A DNA stretch of 64,000 nucleotides. Origin: an uncultured SAR116 cluster alpha proteobacterium (GTDB lineage Bacteria > Pseudomonadota > Alphaproteobacteria > Puniceispirillales > Marisalimonadaceae). How positions within the stretch are numbered: position 1 is the stretch's first letter; each line of letters opens with the position of its first letter. Shown here piece by piece: positions 45,515 to 54,533 of the stretch. The stretch covers positions 35,119 to 99,118 of the forward strand of contig CACMOJ010000003.1 in the NCBI GenBank assembly GCA_902615325.1, in the 5' to 3' direction. Both the position numbers and the translations under genes were made by a program. Below the pieces are notes generated by a model. The model did not search any database. It saw only the letters and a program-made list of their open reading frames with translations, and was not told where the DNA came from.

Positions 45515-45682
45515 AATCTGTCATGGGTACCTGAGAGATTAACTCATTATATGAGCTTACTCCTTCGGTGGACACAGAATATGCCTCTCTCCAGATTGTC
45601 AACTCTTTACGATACTTTTACCTGAGAGTTTCTAGGGTAGTTGCTCCTTCGGCGGTTATTTAAAACGCTCTCACATAAAGAG
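45515..45682 (-). promoter_or_regulatory. tandem (two-aptamer) glycine riboswitch in the 5' leader of the DadA-like gene
   Basis: Read on the minus strand. Aptamer 1 (45682->45603): CUCUUUAUGUGAGAGCG..ACCGCCGAAGGAGCAA..GAAACUCUCAGGUAAAAG..UAAAGAG. Aptamer 2 (45597->45515): AAUCUGGAGAGAGGC..CCACCGAAGGAGUAAGCUC..AAUCUCUCAGGUAC..CAGAUU. Both show complementary P1 strands and the conserved glycine-aptamer cores. Confidence 0.9.
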
Positions 45683-45696
45683 GTAATGACATATAT

Positions 45697-45725
45697 ATAC
45701 TAATTTTTATTTAAAAAATAATCAA
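45697..45725 (-). promoter_or_regulatory. candidate sigma70-type promoter for the riboswitch-dadA transcript
   Basis: Minus strand TTGATT (45725-45720), a 17-nt spacer, then TAGTAT (45702-45697). This is about 15 nt upstream of riboswitch P1. Hexamers are weak in an AT-rich background. Confidence 0.3.
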
Positions 45726-45726
45726 A

Positions 45727-46143
45727 CTAAATCGTTTTTTTACTAAATTTTTCTATAGGGCCGTTATGTTTTATCCAGTCATCAATACCATTTTCTAGAT
45801 TTAAAACATTAGTTAAACCCATTTCTAAAGCTGTTTTAGTAGACAAAGAAGATCTCCATCCAGATGCACAATAAAATATGAATTTATTTTTAGCACTGAA
45901 ATAATCTTTATAATAAGGGCTTTTAGGGTCAATCCAAAATTCTAACATGCCTCTTGGCACATGTTTCGCATTTTTTATTTTTCCATTTTTTTCTAGTTCT
46001 CTTACGTCTCTTAAATCAATAAAAATTGTTTCGCCCTCATCATGTAATTCAAGAGCATTTTTAAAATTAATACTTATAATTTTTTGTTTTGCTTCATTAA
46101 CTAAAGAAAAAGAAGATTTAATGGTCATTTTGTTAGTTTCCAA
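45727..46143 (-). CDS. rhodanese-domain sulfurtransferase
   Basis: Single rhodanese domain with active-site loop YCASGWRSS. 138 aa (an alternative start is at M6). Confidence 0.8.
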   Translation of the reverse strand: METNKMTIKSSFSLVNEAKQKIISINFKNALELHDEGETIFIDLRDVRELEKNGKIKNAKHVPRGMLEFWIDPKSPYYKDYFSAKNKFIFYCASGWRSSLSTKTALEMGLTNVLNLENGIDDWIKHNGPIEKFSKKTI

Positions 46144-46177
46144 TAGATTAATAATAATAATTTAATATAAATAAATA

Positions 46178-47167
46178 ATGACAAATAACAATCAACAATT
46201 TTTAATTCAACATGAGGAGTTTGATAAAAATTTTATTTTTCCATCTGTTAAAAATATTGATAGTAACCAAGTCATATCACTATATGAAAATTTTAAAAAA
46301 ATTTTACCTCATTCTCAGAAATATAACAAAGATATAAAAGTAAGAAAAAACTTGAGTAATATTTTGGATGAATTTGATGTTTTATTTTTAGATGCATTCG
46401 GAGTCATAAATATAGGAGATAAATTAATACCACATATAATAGAAACATTAAATGTTGCTAGAGATAAAGGTATTTATATAGTAATTCTTACAAATGGCGC
46501 AACTTATTGTTCAGAAAAAAAAATTAATCAATTTTATAATCTCGGATTAGAATTTTCTTATGATGAGATTATTTCAAGTAGAGACGTTACAGAAAGGTTT
46601 TTATCTATTCATCTAAAACCATCTAAAATAGGTGTACTTGGGAATAAAGATGAAAAACTAAACATTAAAAACTCTTTAACAATAGATTTAATCAAAGATA
46701 TTGAGTTATTTGATGAAGTGGATTCATTTATATTTTTAGGGACAAGTTATTGGGATTCAGATTTTCAAGATTTGTTAAAAGATTCGTTAACTTCAAATCC
46801 AAGGCCTTTTTTTGTATCTAATCCAGATATTGTTGCACCCCACAAGAATCACTTTAGTATTGAACCTGGCTATTTTTCTTTGAAACTAATAAATGAAGGT
46901 ATTAACTTACCAATATGGTTTGGAAAACCTTTTTCAACAATTTTTGAAATGGCCCTAGATAAAGTTCAGTTTATCACAGGTTCTTCAATTGACATGTCAA
47001 GAATTGGAATGGTAGGAGATACGTTACATACAGATATTTTGGGCGCAAACTCAGTTGGAATTAAGTCAATTTTAATGACAAAACATGGTTTATTAAGAAA
47101 TCAAAATATTGCTTCATGTATAAAAAAAACTGGAATTGTACCAGATTATTTGATTGAGGGTCCTTAA
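46178..47167 (+). CDS. HAD superfamily class IIA hydrolase
   Basis: Motif I FLDAFGVIN, LTNGA, and motif IV GDTLHTDILGANSVG. Confidence 0.75.
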   Translation: MTNNNQQFLIQHEEFDKNFIFPSVKNIDSNQVISLYENFKKILPHSQKYNKDIKVRKNLSNILDEFDVLFLDAFGVINIGDKLIPHIIETLNVARDKGIYIVILTNGATYCSEKKINQFYNLGLEFSYDEIISSRDVTERFLSIHLKPSKIGVLGNKDEKLNIKNSLTIDLIKDIELFDEVDSFIFLGTSYWDSDFQDLLKDSLTSNPRPFFVSNPDIVAPHKNHFSIEPGYFSLKLINEGINLPIWFGKPFSTIFEMALDKVQFITGSSIDMSRIGMVGDTLHTDILGANSVGIKSILMTKHGLLRNQNIASCIKKTGIVPDYLIEGP

Positions 47168-47168
47168 A

Positions 47169-47939
47169 ATGAATAAAAGAAAATCTATATTGGTTACATC
47201 GGGATCAAAAAGATTAGGAAAGCATATTTCTAAGTTTTTTGTAATGAATGAATGGGATTTAATTTTACATTATAACAACTCAAAAGTTGAAGCAGAAGAA
47301 ACAGCAAATGAGTTATCAAAATATTCGAATAAGATTAAATTGTATCACGCAGATTTCACAAAATATGAAGATGTTGAAAATTTAGTAGAAAATTTACTTT
47401 TAAATGACAAAGAGTGGGTAGGTTTAGTAAATAATGCTGGTTTATTCGAATACGATACTGGCCAAGAATTTACCATAGAAAAGTTAAATCGACATATGTC
47501 TGTAAATTTTTCTACTCCTGCAATACTTATAAAAGCACTTTATAAAAATATAATGGAAAACCAAATAGTAAAAAACAAAAACAATATGGTCATAAATATT
47601 ATTGATGCTAAAATTGAAGGTTTAAATCCAGATTATTATTCTTATACTTTGTCAAAGTTAGCAATGTCAGGATTAACAAAAATGTCAGCTTTATCTTATG
47701 CACCAGATTTGAGAGTAAATGCAATTGCACCAGGAATAATATTACCTGCAGAAAATCAAAATGAAAAAGATTTTAAAGAATCCCACAAAAAAAATATTTT
47801 AAACAGTTCTGCAACTATTGATGATTTATACTTGGCTCTTGATTTTTTAACTAACTCAAATTCTGTTACAGGACACATCTCATTATTAGATGGAGGATCA
47901 CATTTGGCTCCGCCTCTTAGAGATGTTGCTATTAAATAA
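47169..47939 (+). CDS. short-chain dehydrogenase/reductase, possibly pteridine-reductase-like
   Basis: Motifs ILVTSGSKRLGK, NNAG, catalytic YSYTLSK and RVNAIAPG. It lies immediately upstream of folB. ATG 47169 is 1 nt after the HAD stop. Confidence 0.75.
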   Translation: MNKRKSILVTSGSKRLGKHISKFFVMNEWDLILHYNNSKVEAEETANELSKYSNKIKLYHADFTKYEDVENLVENLLLNDKEWVGLVNNAGLFEYDTGQEFTIEKLNRHMSVNFSTPAILIKALYKNIMENQIVKNKNNMVINIIDAKIEGLNPDYYSYTLSKLAMSGLTKMSALSYAPDLRVNAIAPGIILPAENQNEKDFKESHKKNILNSSATIDDLYLALDFLTNSNSVTGHISLLDGGSHLAPPLRDVAIK

Positions 47940-47951
47940 GGTGCAATTTTA

Positions 47952-48302
47952 ATGCTTAAGAAAATTCTTATTGAAAATTTAACCTGCATTGCCTCTGTTG
48001 GTGTTTACGAAAATGAAAAATTAAACAAACAAAAAATAATAATTAATGTAGAAATTTTACTTATTAACAAAATGAAAACTCATACAGATAATCTAAATGA
48101 CGTAGCTGATTATGGAAAATTTAGAAGAACTATATTGGATATTGTTAAATCTAAACACTTTAATTTAATTGAGACACTTGCACATAACTTAATAAAAAAA
48201 ATAGAAACTTTTGAAAAAGTTGAAAATATTAAGTTAAAAATTACAAAACCTGATATTTTTAATGATTGCTCTGTTTCATATGAAATTAGTAATTATCCTT
48301 AA
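47952..48302 (+). CDS. folB: dihydroneopterin aldolase
   Basis: 116 aa with a FolB-like pattern (I.NL.C.ASVGVYE.EK...Q...INVE). DY motif present and LIETLA. Confidence 0.7.
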   Translation: MLKKILIENLTCIASVGVYENEKLNKQKIIINVEILLINKMKTHTDNLNDVADYGKFRRTILDIVKSKHFNLIETLAHNLIKKIETFEKVENIKLKITKPDIFNDCSVSYEISNYP

Positions 48303-49053
48303 GTTTTCTAAAATATTTAAATGTTTCTGTACTATCTAGTTCTTGAATATTATTTGCAATTTTAAAATTAATATCATTATATCTTAAAAACGGATTAAGC
48401 TTTTTCTCTTGGCCAAGGAAAAAAGGTATAGTTGGTTTTTCTTCATTTCTTAAATTTTTAATTTCTAGAATGTTTGCATTTAATTCTTCATCATTATTGT
48501 AGACTAAGCTTTTGCAAAATTTTGCGTTTGTCATCGTATATTCATGACCACAATATACAAGTATATCATCAGGTAAATTTAAAATTTTATCTAAACTATC
48601 TTTCATTTGCTCAAAAGTTCCTTCGAATATTCTTCCACATCCAAGTCTGAACAAAGTATCTCCTGAAAAAAGTATTCTTAAGCTCTCAATATAATAACAT
48701 ATGTGACCGATAGTATGGCCAGGTGTGTGTAAAACTTTAGCTTTTTGACCAATCATATCAATTTCATCTCCATCTAAAACATAATGATCACAATTATGTA
48801 TTTTACTTTGATCATATTTTGGAGCGATAAGTTTACAGCTATATTTGTCAATTAATTTTTGATTCCCTCCGATATGGTCGTGATGATGGTGGGTATTAAA
48901 AATATGTGATAGTTTCCAATCTTTTTTTTCAAGTAGCTCAATAACAGGTTGCGCTTCCCCAGGATCAATTACAGCTGTTAGTTTATTAATAGGATTATGT
49001 AAGACATAAATATAGTTGTCACTTAATGCTTTTACGATTTCAATTTGAGTCAT
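48286..49053 (-). CDS. gloB: hydroxyacylglutathione hydrolase (glyoxalase II)
   Basis: Metallo-beta-lactamase motif THHHHDHIGGN, HTPGHT and CGHEYT. Its 3' end overlaps the folB 3' end by 17 nt. Confidence 0.9.
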   Translation of the reverse strand: MTQIEIVKALSDNYIYVLHNPINKLTAVIDPGEAQPVIELLEKKDWKLSHIFNTHHHHDHIGGNQKLIDKYSCKLIAPKYDQSKIHNCDHYVLDGDEIDMIGQKAKVLHTPGHTIGHICYYIESLRILFSGDTLFRLGCGRIFEGTFEQMKDSLDKILNLPDDILVYCGHEYTMTNAKFCKSLVYNNDEELNANILEIKNLRNEEKPTIPFFLGQEKKLNPFLRYNDINFKIANNIQELDSTETFKYFRKLKDNY

Positions 49054-49127
49054 AATATTATTATCCTTAAGAAAAAATTATGTTATTAATAAGGATATAA
49101 CATTAGAATTTACAATTCAATTTTACT

Positions 49128-49625
49128 ATGGAAGAGTTAGAAAAACTTAGAAAACAAATAGACCAACTTGATAAAATGATAGCTAAGTTAATTTCCAAAA
49201 GACAAGGGCTTTCAAATAAAATTTTAGAAGCTAAGGGAGGGAAGTTTACTTATGATCCAGTCAGAGAAATGAAAGTCATGGAAAAAATTTTCTCTTACGG
49301 TATCGATGCTAAACTTGCAGAAAGAATATGGAGACAAATCATAGCTTTTAATTTGTCAAAACAAAAAAAATTAAAAATTGGATATCTTGGAGATGACAGG
49401 TTTTCTATAGCAGCTTATGAAAGTTATTTTGGGCCATACTTTGAAATTTTAGATTTCAAAAATGTTACTAAGCTAATTGAAGGAATAAATAAAAAAATTA
49501 TAGATTTAGCAATAATAGAGAAATCACAATTAGCTCTGACTAAAATCAATTCTAAAATAAAAATTGTATCAGAATTCCCATTAAATGAGCTTTTTTACAA
49601 AAAAAAGTATTTAATTTTGAAATAA
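49128..49625 (+). CDS. chorismate mutase (AroQ type) with a short prephenate-dehydratase-like C-terminal tail
   Basis: CM_2 pattern LEKLRKQIDQLDKMIAKLISKRQGLS...DPVRE. Residues ~83-165 resemble only the first part of a PDT domain (KIGYLGDDRFSIAAYESYF...IDLAIIE). Confidence 0.75.
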   Translation: MEELEKLRKQIDQLDKMIAKLISKRQGLSNKILEAKGGKFTYDPVREMKVMEKIFSYGIDAKLAERIWRQIIAFNLSKQKKLKIGYLGDDRFSIAAYESYFGPYFEILDFKNVTKLIEGINKKIIDLAIIEKSQLALTKINSKIKIVSEFPLNELFYKKKYLILK

Positions 49626-49643
49626 CTTAGGTTAAAAAAAATT

Positions 49644-50732
49644 ATGCTTTTAGAACCTAAAGAATCAATTTTAAACTTAGATGCCTATAAACCAAATTTT
49701 GGGTCTTCAAATTTAAAAAAATTAATTAGATTATCTGCGAATGAAAATGCTTTAGGATATTCCCCAAGAATTGATAAAGAGTTAAAAATAGAAAGTTTTA
49801 ATCGGTACCCTCCACAACATAGTGAAGAACTTATTAAAACAATTAGTAAAATTAAAAATTTAGACCAAACTAAATTAATTCTTGGAAATGGTTCGGATGA
49901 TTTAATTTCTGTAATTGCCCAAACATTCTTAAAACCTGGAGATGAGGCAATTTATACAGAATATGGATTTTTACAATTCCCACAATCCATTACAGTCGCA
50001 GGAGGTATTAAAAAAATAGCAAAAGATATTAACTTTAGTGCGAGTGTTGACAATATTTTGAATTTAATAACAGATAAGACTCGTTTAATATTTCTTGCTA
50101 ATGCTAATAATCCAACAGGAACTTATATTGGTAAAAGTGAGGTTTACAGATTAATCAACAATATGCCTGAAAATATTTTGTTAGTTTATGATGCAGCATA
50201 TGCAGAATATATTAGAAATGATGATTATATAGATGGATCTGAATTAGTTGAAAATTACAATAACGTAATAATGTTAAGAACGTTCTCTAAATTACATGGA
50301 CTCGCTGGTTTGAGACTAGGTTGGGGTTACAGTAATAGTAAAATAATAAATTATCTAATGGCAGTTAGAGGTCCTTTTAGTGTCAATTCTATAGCTATTG
50401 AAGCTGGCATAATTGCCATGAAAGATATTAATTTTCAGAATTATTGCTTTGATTTTAATATAAAGTCGATGAAATTTATGGAAATTGAATTAGAGAACTT
50501 AGGCGTAAAATTTATAAATTCTTCAACTAATTTTATTCTCATAAATTTATCAGGCAAAGATAAACTTTCAGCAAAAAATGCTGCATTATTTTTTAAAAAA
50601 AATGGTGTTTTAGTTCGTGAAATGAATGTTTATAACTTGCCAAATTACATAAGAGTTTCATTAGGAACCGAAGAAGAAAATAAATATTTTTTAAAATTAC
50701 TTAAAAAATTCATTGCAAGAAATGATAGTTAA
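49644..50732 (+). CDS. hisC: histidinol-phosphate/aromatic aminotransferase
   Basis: Class II aminotransferase with LSANENALG, NPTGT, DAAYAEY and the PLP lysine in RTFSKLHGLAGLRLGW. Confidence 0.85.
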   Translation: MLLEPKESILNLDAYKPNFGSSNLKKLIRLSANENALGYSPRIDKELKIESFNRYPPQHSEELIKTISKIKNLDQTKLILGNGSDDLISVIAQTFLKPGDEAIYTEYGFLQFPQSITVAGGIKKIAKDINFSASVDNILNLITDKTRLIFLANANNPTGTYIGKSEVYRLINNMPENILLVYDAAYAEYIRNDDYIDGSELVENYNNVIMLRTFSKLHGLAGLRLGWGYSNSKIINYLMAVRGPFSVNSIAIEAGIIAMKDINFQNYCFDFNIKSMKFMEIELENLGVKFINSSTNFILINLSGKDKLSAKNAALFFKKNGVLVREMNVYNLPNYIRVSLGTEEENKYFLKLLKKFIARNDS

Positions 50733-51624
50733 AAAAAAAATCGTAACAATTATTGGCTTAGGATTAATTGGAAGTTCAATATTAAGAGCATTTAGTTACT
50801 ACTTAAAAAATAAATTTTATATAAAAGTTTATGATAATAATTCTGAATATCTTAAAATTGTTGATACATTTAATATAGCAGATGAAATTTGTAATTCTGC
50901 AGAGGAATCTGTAAAAGACGCTGATTTGGTAATATTAGCTATTCCTGTAGGTTCAATGGCGGAAGTGGGAAAGCTAATTTCACCACATCTAAAAAAGGGT
51001 TCGATTTTAACTGATACAGGGTCAACAAAGCTTTCTGTAATTAAAGATCTATCTTTATTGATACCTAAAAATGTTTTTTTAGTACCCTCACATCCTCTAG
51101 CAGGAACTGAGCATTCTGGACCTAAAGCCGGTTTTCATAACTTATTTGAAGGTAGATATTGGATCATAATTAGTAAAAAAAGTAATAAAAACGGAATTTT
51201 TTTAGAAAAACTATTTAAAAAGTTTGGTTCTAAAGTTGAGTTCATGGATGAATTCTATCATGATAAAGTGCTTGCTATTACTTCACATTTACCTCATTTA
51301 ATTGCTTATTCAATAGTTGACACTGCTAATAATTTAGAAAGTGATTTAAAAAATGATGTTATTAGATACTCGGCAACTGGATTTAGAGACTTTACAAGAT
51401 TAGCTTCCTCTGATCCAACTATGTGGAGAGATGTTTTTCTAAATAATTCTGAAGCAGTATTAGAAATGTTGCAAAGATTTAATGAGGATCTTTCAGCATT
51501 ACAAAAATTAATTAGAAAAAAAGATTCTAACGAATTATATAATTTTTTCAAAAACTCTAAAGAGATAAGAAATAAAATTATTGAAGCAAAACAACATCTA
51601 CCAGAATTATCAAAATTGAAGTAA
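50722..51624 (+). CDS. tyrC: prephenate/arogenate dehydrogenase
   Basis: Rossmann IIGLGLIGSS, then GSTK and SHPLAGTEHSGP. Follows hisC as in many alphaproteobacteria. ATG 50722 preferred to TTG 50713. A 10-A run lies at 50731-50740. Confidence 0.8.
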   Translation: MIVKKKIVTIIGLGLIGSSILRAFSYYLKNKFYIKVYDNNSEYLKIVDTFNIADEICNSAEESVKDADLVILAIPVGSMAEVGKLISPHLKKGSILTDTGSTKLSVIKDLSLLIPKNVFLVPSHPLAGTEHSGPKAGFHNLFEGRYWIIISKKSNKNGIFLEKLFKKFGSKVEFMDEFYHDKVLAITSHLPHLIAYSIVDTANNLESDLKNDVIRYSATGFRDFTRLASSDPTMWRDVFLNNSEAVLEMLQRFNEDLSALQKLIRKKDSNELYNFFKNSKEIRNKIIEAKQHLPELSKLK

Positions 51625-52185
51625 ATTTATTCTTAAATATGTCAAATTATATTTGAAATATTCAGAAATATAATTAATGATTGTTTTCCACCATATTTTA
51701 TTTTCGTCAATAAATACATAAGGTGTGATTTTAATATCTTTAAAAATACTTTTAAATTCTAACATAGCTCTAGGCATGTGGTAATTATTTGTTAATAGAA
51801 CAAATGAATTTATTTTTTTTGATTTAACCCATTTTAAACTCTCTACAGCATTAGAAAAAGTGTTTCTAGAAATACCCTCTATTTGAATACAACAATCTAT
51901 AATTTTATTATAATTTGGGTTTCTTTGAGTTATTTTTTTTAATGTTTTTTTATTAAATCCTTTTCCTACACCGCTAATAAATAAATTTTTATTTTTATTT
52001 TCAAGTTGAAAAAATATATTTAAAGATTTTTTTACTCTATTATTCCCTCCAGTTAAAACAATAAAATTATTATTAAAGTTTAAGTTATTCTTATAATTAA
52101 AAATTTTTTTATAGAAAAATGAGTAGTCTATGACTAATACTATTAAAACTAAGGAGATTAGAAATAGATATTTTTTTTTGATCAT
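51610..52185 (-). CDS. DUF218 (YdcF/ElyC/SanA-like) domain protein
   Basis: N-terminal TM helix, then VLTGGNNRV...ISGVG...SRNTFSNA...LLTNNYHMPRA. Confidence 0.65.
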   Translation of the reverse strand: MIKKKYLFLISLVLIVLVIDYSFFYKKIFNYKNNLNFNNNFIVLTGGNNRVKKSLNIFFQLENKNKNLFISGVGKGFNKKTLKKITQRNPNYNKIIDCCIQIEGISRNTFSNAVESLKWVKSKKINSFVLLTNNYHMPRAMLEFKSIFKDIKITPYVFIDENKIWWKTIINYISEYFKYNLTYLRINLLQF

Positions 52186-52255
52186 TTGAATTAGTTAATT
52201 ATTTGGAAAGACATAAGTTTTATTATACAATAATAAATTATTTAGGTTAAATAAT

Positions 52256-53143
52256 ATGTTAGAAAAATGTTTAAAATGTAACACTTTATTTGAAGTTGAT
52301 GAAAGTCTAATAACATCAAAGTTAAAATTTTTTAAGTGTAGTGTGTGTGATAATGAATGGTCAATTATTTATAATAAAGACACTGAAAACAAATTATCTA
52401 AAAATATCTCTAATGAAAAATTACAAAAAGATCTTGATGCAATTAGGTCAGAAATTGAAAAGAAAACCAATATACTAAGTAATGGTGTTAAAGCTAAATC
52501 GAGAGAAAAGGTCATTAAGACAAAAAATCAAAATTATTCTACAAAAAAAAAATCAGTTGCTCAAATAGCTGAAGAAATTGCTGAGGCAAGTGTTAAAAAT
52601 AAATATACAAAACCAACTAGGAATAAAAATCAAGTTGTTTCGAAAGCTGACATAAAAAATTTTAAGAAAAAGAATAAAAGTTTTGTAGCACCTCTTATTG
52701 TTTTTGTCTGTATCTTAATTATAAGTAGCTCTGTATATTTCAGAAATAATGTTCTGAGTCTGAGCCATTACTATTTTCCAGATTTTGTGGAGAATAATTT
52801 TAATAAAGTATTTGATTTATTTAAACAAGTAAAGATACCATTTTACGCAGATTTAGAAAACTTGGAAATAGAAAATTTTAATGCAGTTTACGAAGATAAA
52901 TCAGTCAAGTTTTTTGGTAATATAAAAAATAACTCAAAGTATCCAATATTGACACCTTCTTTAAAAGTAATTATGACAACTGAAGATGGCAAAATACTTG
53001 CTGAAACAGTAATAAAATCAACACAACCATTTATCTTATCTAATAATTTTGTTAAGATTAATCAGTTAATCTTAACAAATCAAAGACATAATAACGCTAG
53101 TATTAGTGCAACTATAATGAAAGAAATTAAAAGTTCTGGTTAG
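52256..53143 (+). CDS. MJ0042-type zinc-ribbon protein with one TM helix and a DUF3426-like C-terminal domain
   Basis: N-terminal CLKCNTLFEV...FKCSVCDNEW, a Lys-rich linker, a TM helix (FVAPLIVFVCILIISSSVYF), and a C-terminal beta-rich domain. Confidence 0.55.
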   Translation: MLEKCLKCNTLFEVDESLITSKLKFFKCSVCDNEWSIIYNKDTENKLSKNISNEKLQKDLDAIRSEIEKKTNILSNGVKAKSREKVIKTKNQNYSTKKKSVAQIAEEIAEASVKNKYTKPTRNKNQVVSKADIKNFKKKNKSFVAPLIVFVCILIISSSVYFRNNVLSLSHYYFPDFVENNFNKVFDLFKQVKIPFYADLENLEIENFNAVYEDKSVKFFGNIKNNSKYPILTPSLKVIMTTEDGKILAETVIKSTQPFILSNNFVKINQLILTNQRHNNASISATIMKEIKSSG

Positions 53144-54399
53144 AAATTTGGAATTATGTCAACTGCAATCAATTGATCTATTTTTTCTCTCTCCCTGAGC
53201 AAAATTTCTTTATCATCATGTATAAAAATTTCAGTAGCACTTGGTCTGCTATTATAATTTGACCTCATTACACTTCCATATGCGCCACAAGTCATGATTG
53301 CTAAAAATTCATTTTTTTTCATTTGTTGTAAACTATAACCAATGCCTAAAAAATCTCCAGTCTCACAAATTGGACCAACAATATCATATTTTTTTATTAG
53401 TCTATTATTTTTTACTTGAAGTGGTATAATGGAATGCCTTGCATTATAAAGCGTGGGCCTTATTAAATTGTTCATAGCGGCATCAACAATTAAAAATTTT
53501 TTAAGATTGGTAGATTTTTCTCTAATTACTTTAGTAAGTAAAATTCCTGATTCAGCAATCAAAGATCTTCCTGGTTCTATACTTATCTGAAAATCATCAC
53601 GTTTAAAAACCTTATTTAATGCTCTATTAAATGTTTCATAATTAAGTAAGTTTTTTAATGAATAATCAACACCAAATCCGCCGCCTAAGTCTAAATGATT
53701 AACTTCAAAGCCTTTATTTCTTAATTCAAGGGCAAGTTTTTTAATTTTTGAAAACGTTTTATAAAAAACATCATAATCAAATAATTGTGATCCTACATGT
53801 ATAGCCAGTCCATATGGTTTAATAAAAGAAGCTTTTTTCATTAATTTATAAGCACTTACTATGTCATCATAAATTATTCCAAATTTTGAGTTTTCATCCC
53901 CAGTAGATATTTTTTTATGGGTTTTAGCGTTAATGTCGAGATTTACTCTTAATGCTACATTTACTTTCTTTTTTAAGTTTTTTGAAATTTCAATGATATC
54001 TTTTAATTCTTCAATTGATTCTGCATTTAACTGTTTAATATTTTTAATTATAGCAAACTCTATCTCGTCTTTTTGTTTTCCGACACCTGAAAAAATAATG
54101 TCTTTTGGTTTAACTGAGACTTTTAAGCATCTTTTTAATTCACCAATCGATACAACGTCAGCACCCGCACCAAGACTATTTATATACTTAATGACTCCGA
54201 GATTATCATTTGATTTAACAGCAAAATGAATTTTTCCATTAAATGGCTTCATAATACTATCCAGTAAATTAAACGAATGTTTTATTGAATTAGAATCATA
54301 AACGAATGTTGGTGTTCCATATGTATTTGCTAGTTTTTTTAAACTAATATTTTGAAGAAATAATTCTCCAGATTTTCTATAATATCCAGTTTTTTGCAT
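53140..54399 (-). CDS. lysA: diaminopimelate decarboxylase
   Basis: Motifs YGTPTFVYD, PLP lysine in FAVKSN, LDLGGGFGV, EPGRSL and CETGD. Start placed at ATG 54399 because the upstream 22 codons of the ORF-track call overlap a better small ORF. Confidence 0.9.
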   Translation of the reverse strand: MQKTGYYRKSGELFLQNISLKKLANTYGTPTFVYDSNSIKHSFNLLDSIMKPFNGKIHFAVKSNDNLGVIKYINSLGAGADVVSIGELKRCLKVSVKPKDIIFSGVGKQKDEIEFAIIKNIKQLNAESIEELKDIIEISKNLKKKVNVALRVNLDINAKTHKKISTGDENSKFGIIYDDIVSAYKLMKKASFIKPYGLAIHVGSQLFDYDVFYKTFSKIKKLALELRNKGFEVNHLDLGGGFGVDYSLKNLLNYETFNRALNKVFKRDDFQISIEPGRSLIAESGILLTKVIREKSTNLKKFLIVDAAMNNLIRPTLYNARHSIIPLQVKNNRLIKKYDIVGPICETGDFLGIGYSLQQMKKNEFLAIMTCGAYGSVMRSNYNSRPSATEIFIHDDKEILLREREKIDQLIAVDIIPNF

Positions 54400-54400
54400 T

Positions 54401-54529
54401 TCAGTTTTTTGATGAAATAACTTTTTTTGATGGTGCAATAGGATCAGCTTTTTTACCACACCCATAAGAAAAAAAACTAAGAACTATCAGTAAAAAAAAT
54501 AGATTATTTAATTGTGTTAATTTTTGCAT
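54401..54529 (-). CDS. small lipoprotein (42 aa, LptM/YifL-like), absent from the ORF track
   Basis: Hand translation: MQKLTQLNNLFFLLIVLSFFSYGCGKKADPIAPSKKVISSKN*. It has a signal peptide and a lipobox (SYG|C). The ATG is 4 nt after the argH stop, and the TGA is 1 nt before the lysA ATG. Confidence 0.6.
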   Translation of the reverse strand: MQKLTQLNNLFFLLIVLSFFSYGCGKKADPIAPSKKVISSKN

Positions 54530-54533
54530 AATT

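Noticed and set aside
54400-54465. 22-codon N-terminal extension of lysA (MGVVKKLILLHHQKKLFHQKTE) in the ORF track.
   Set aside because: LysA homology starts right after the internal Met at 54399. The extension overlaps, in another frame, a compact lipoprotein ORF with a proper signal peptide and lipobox.
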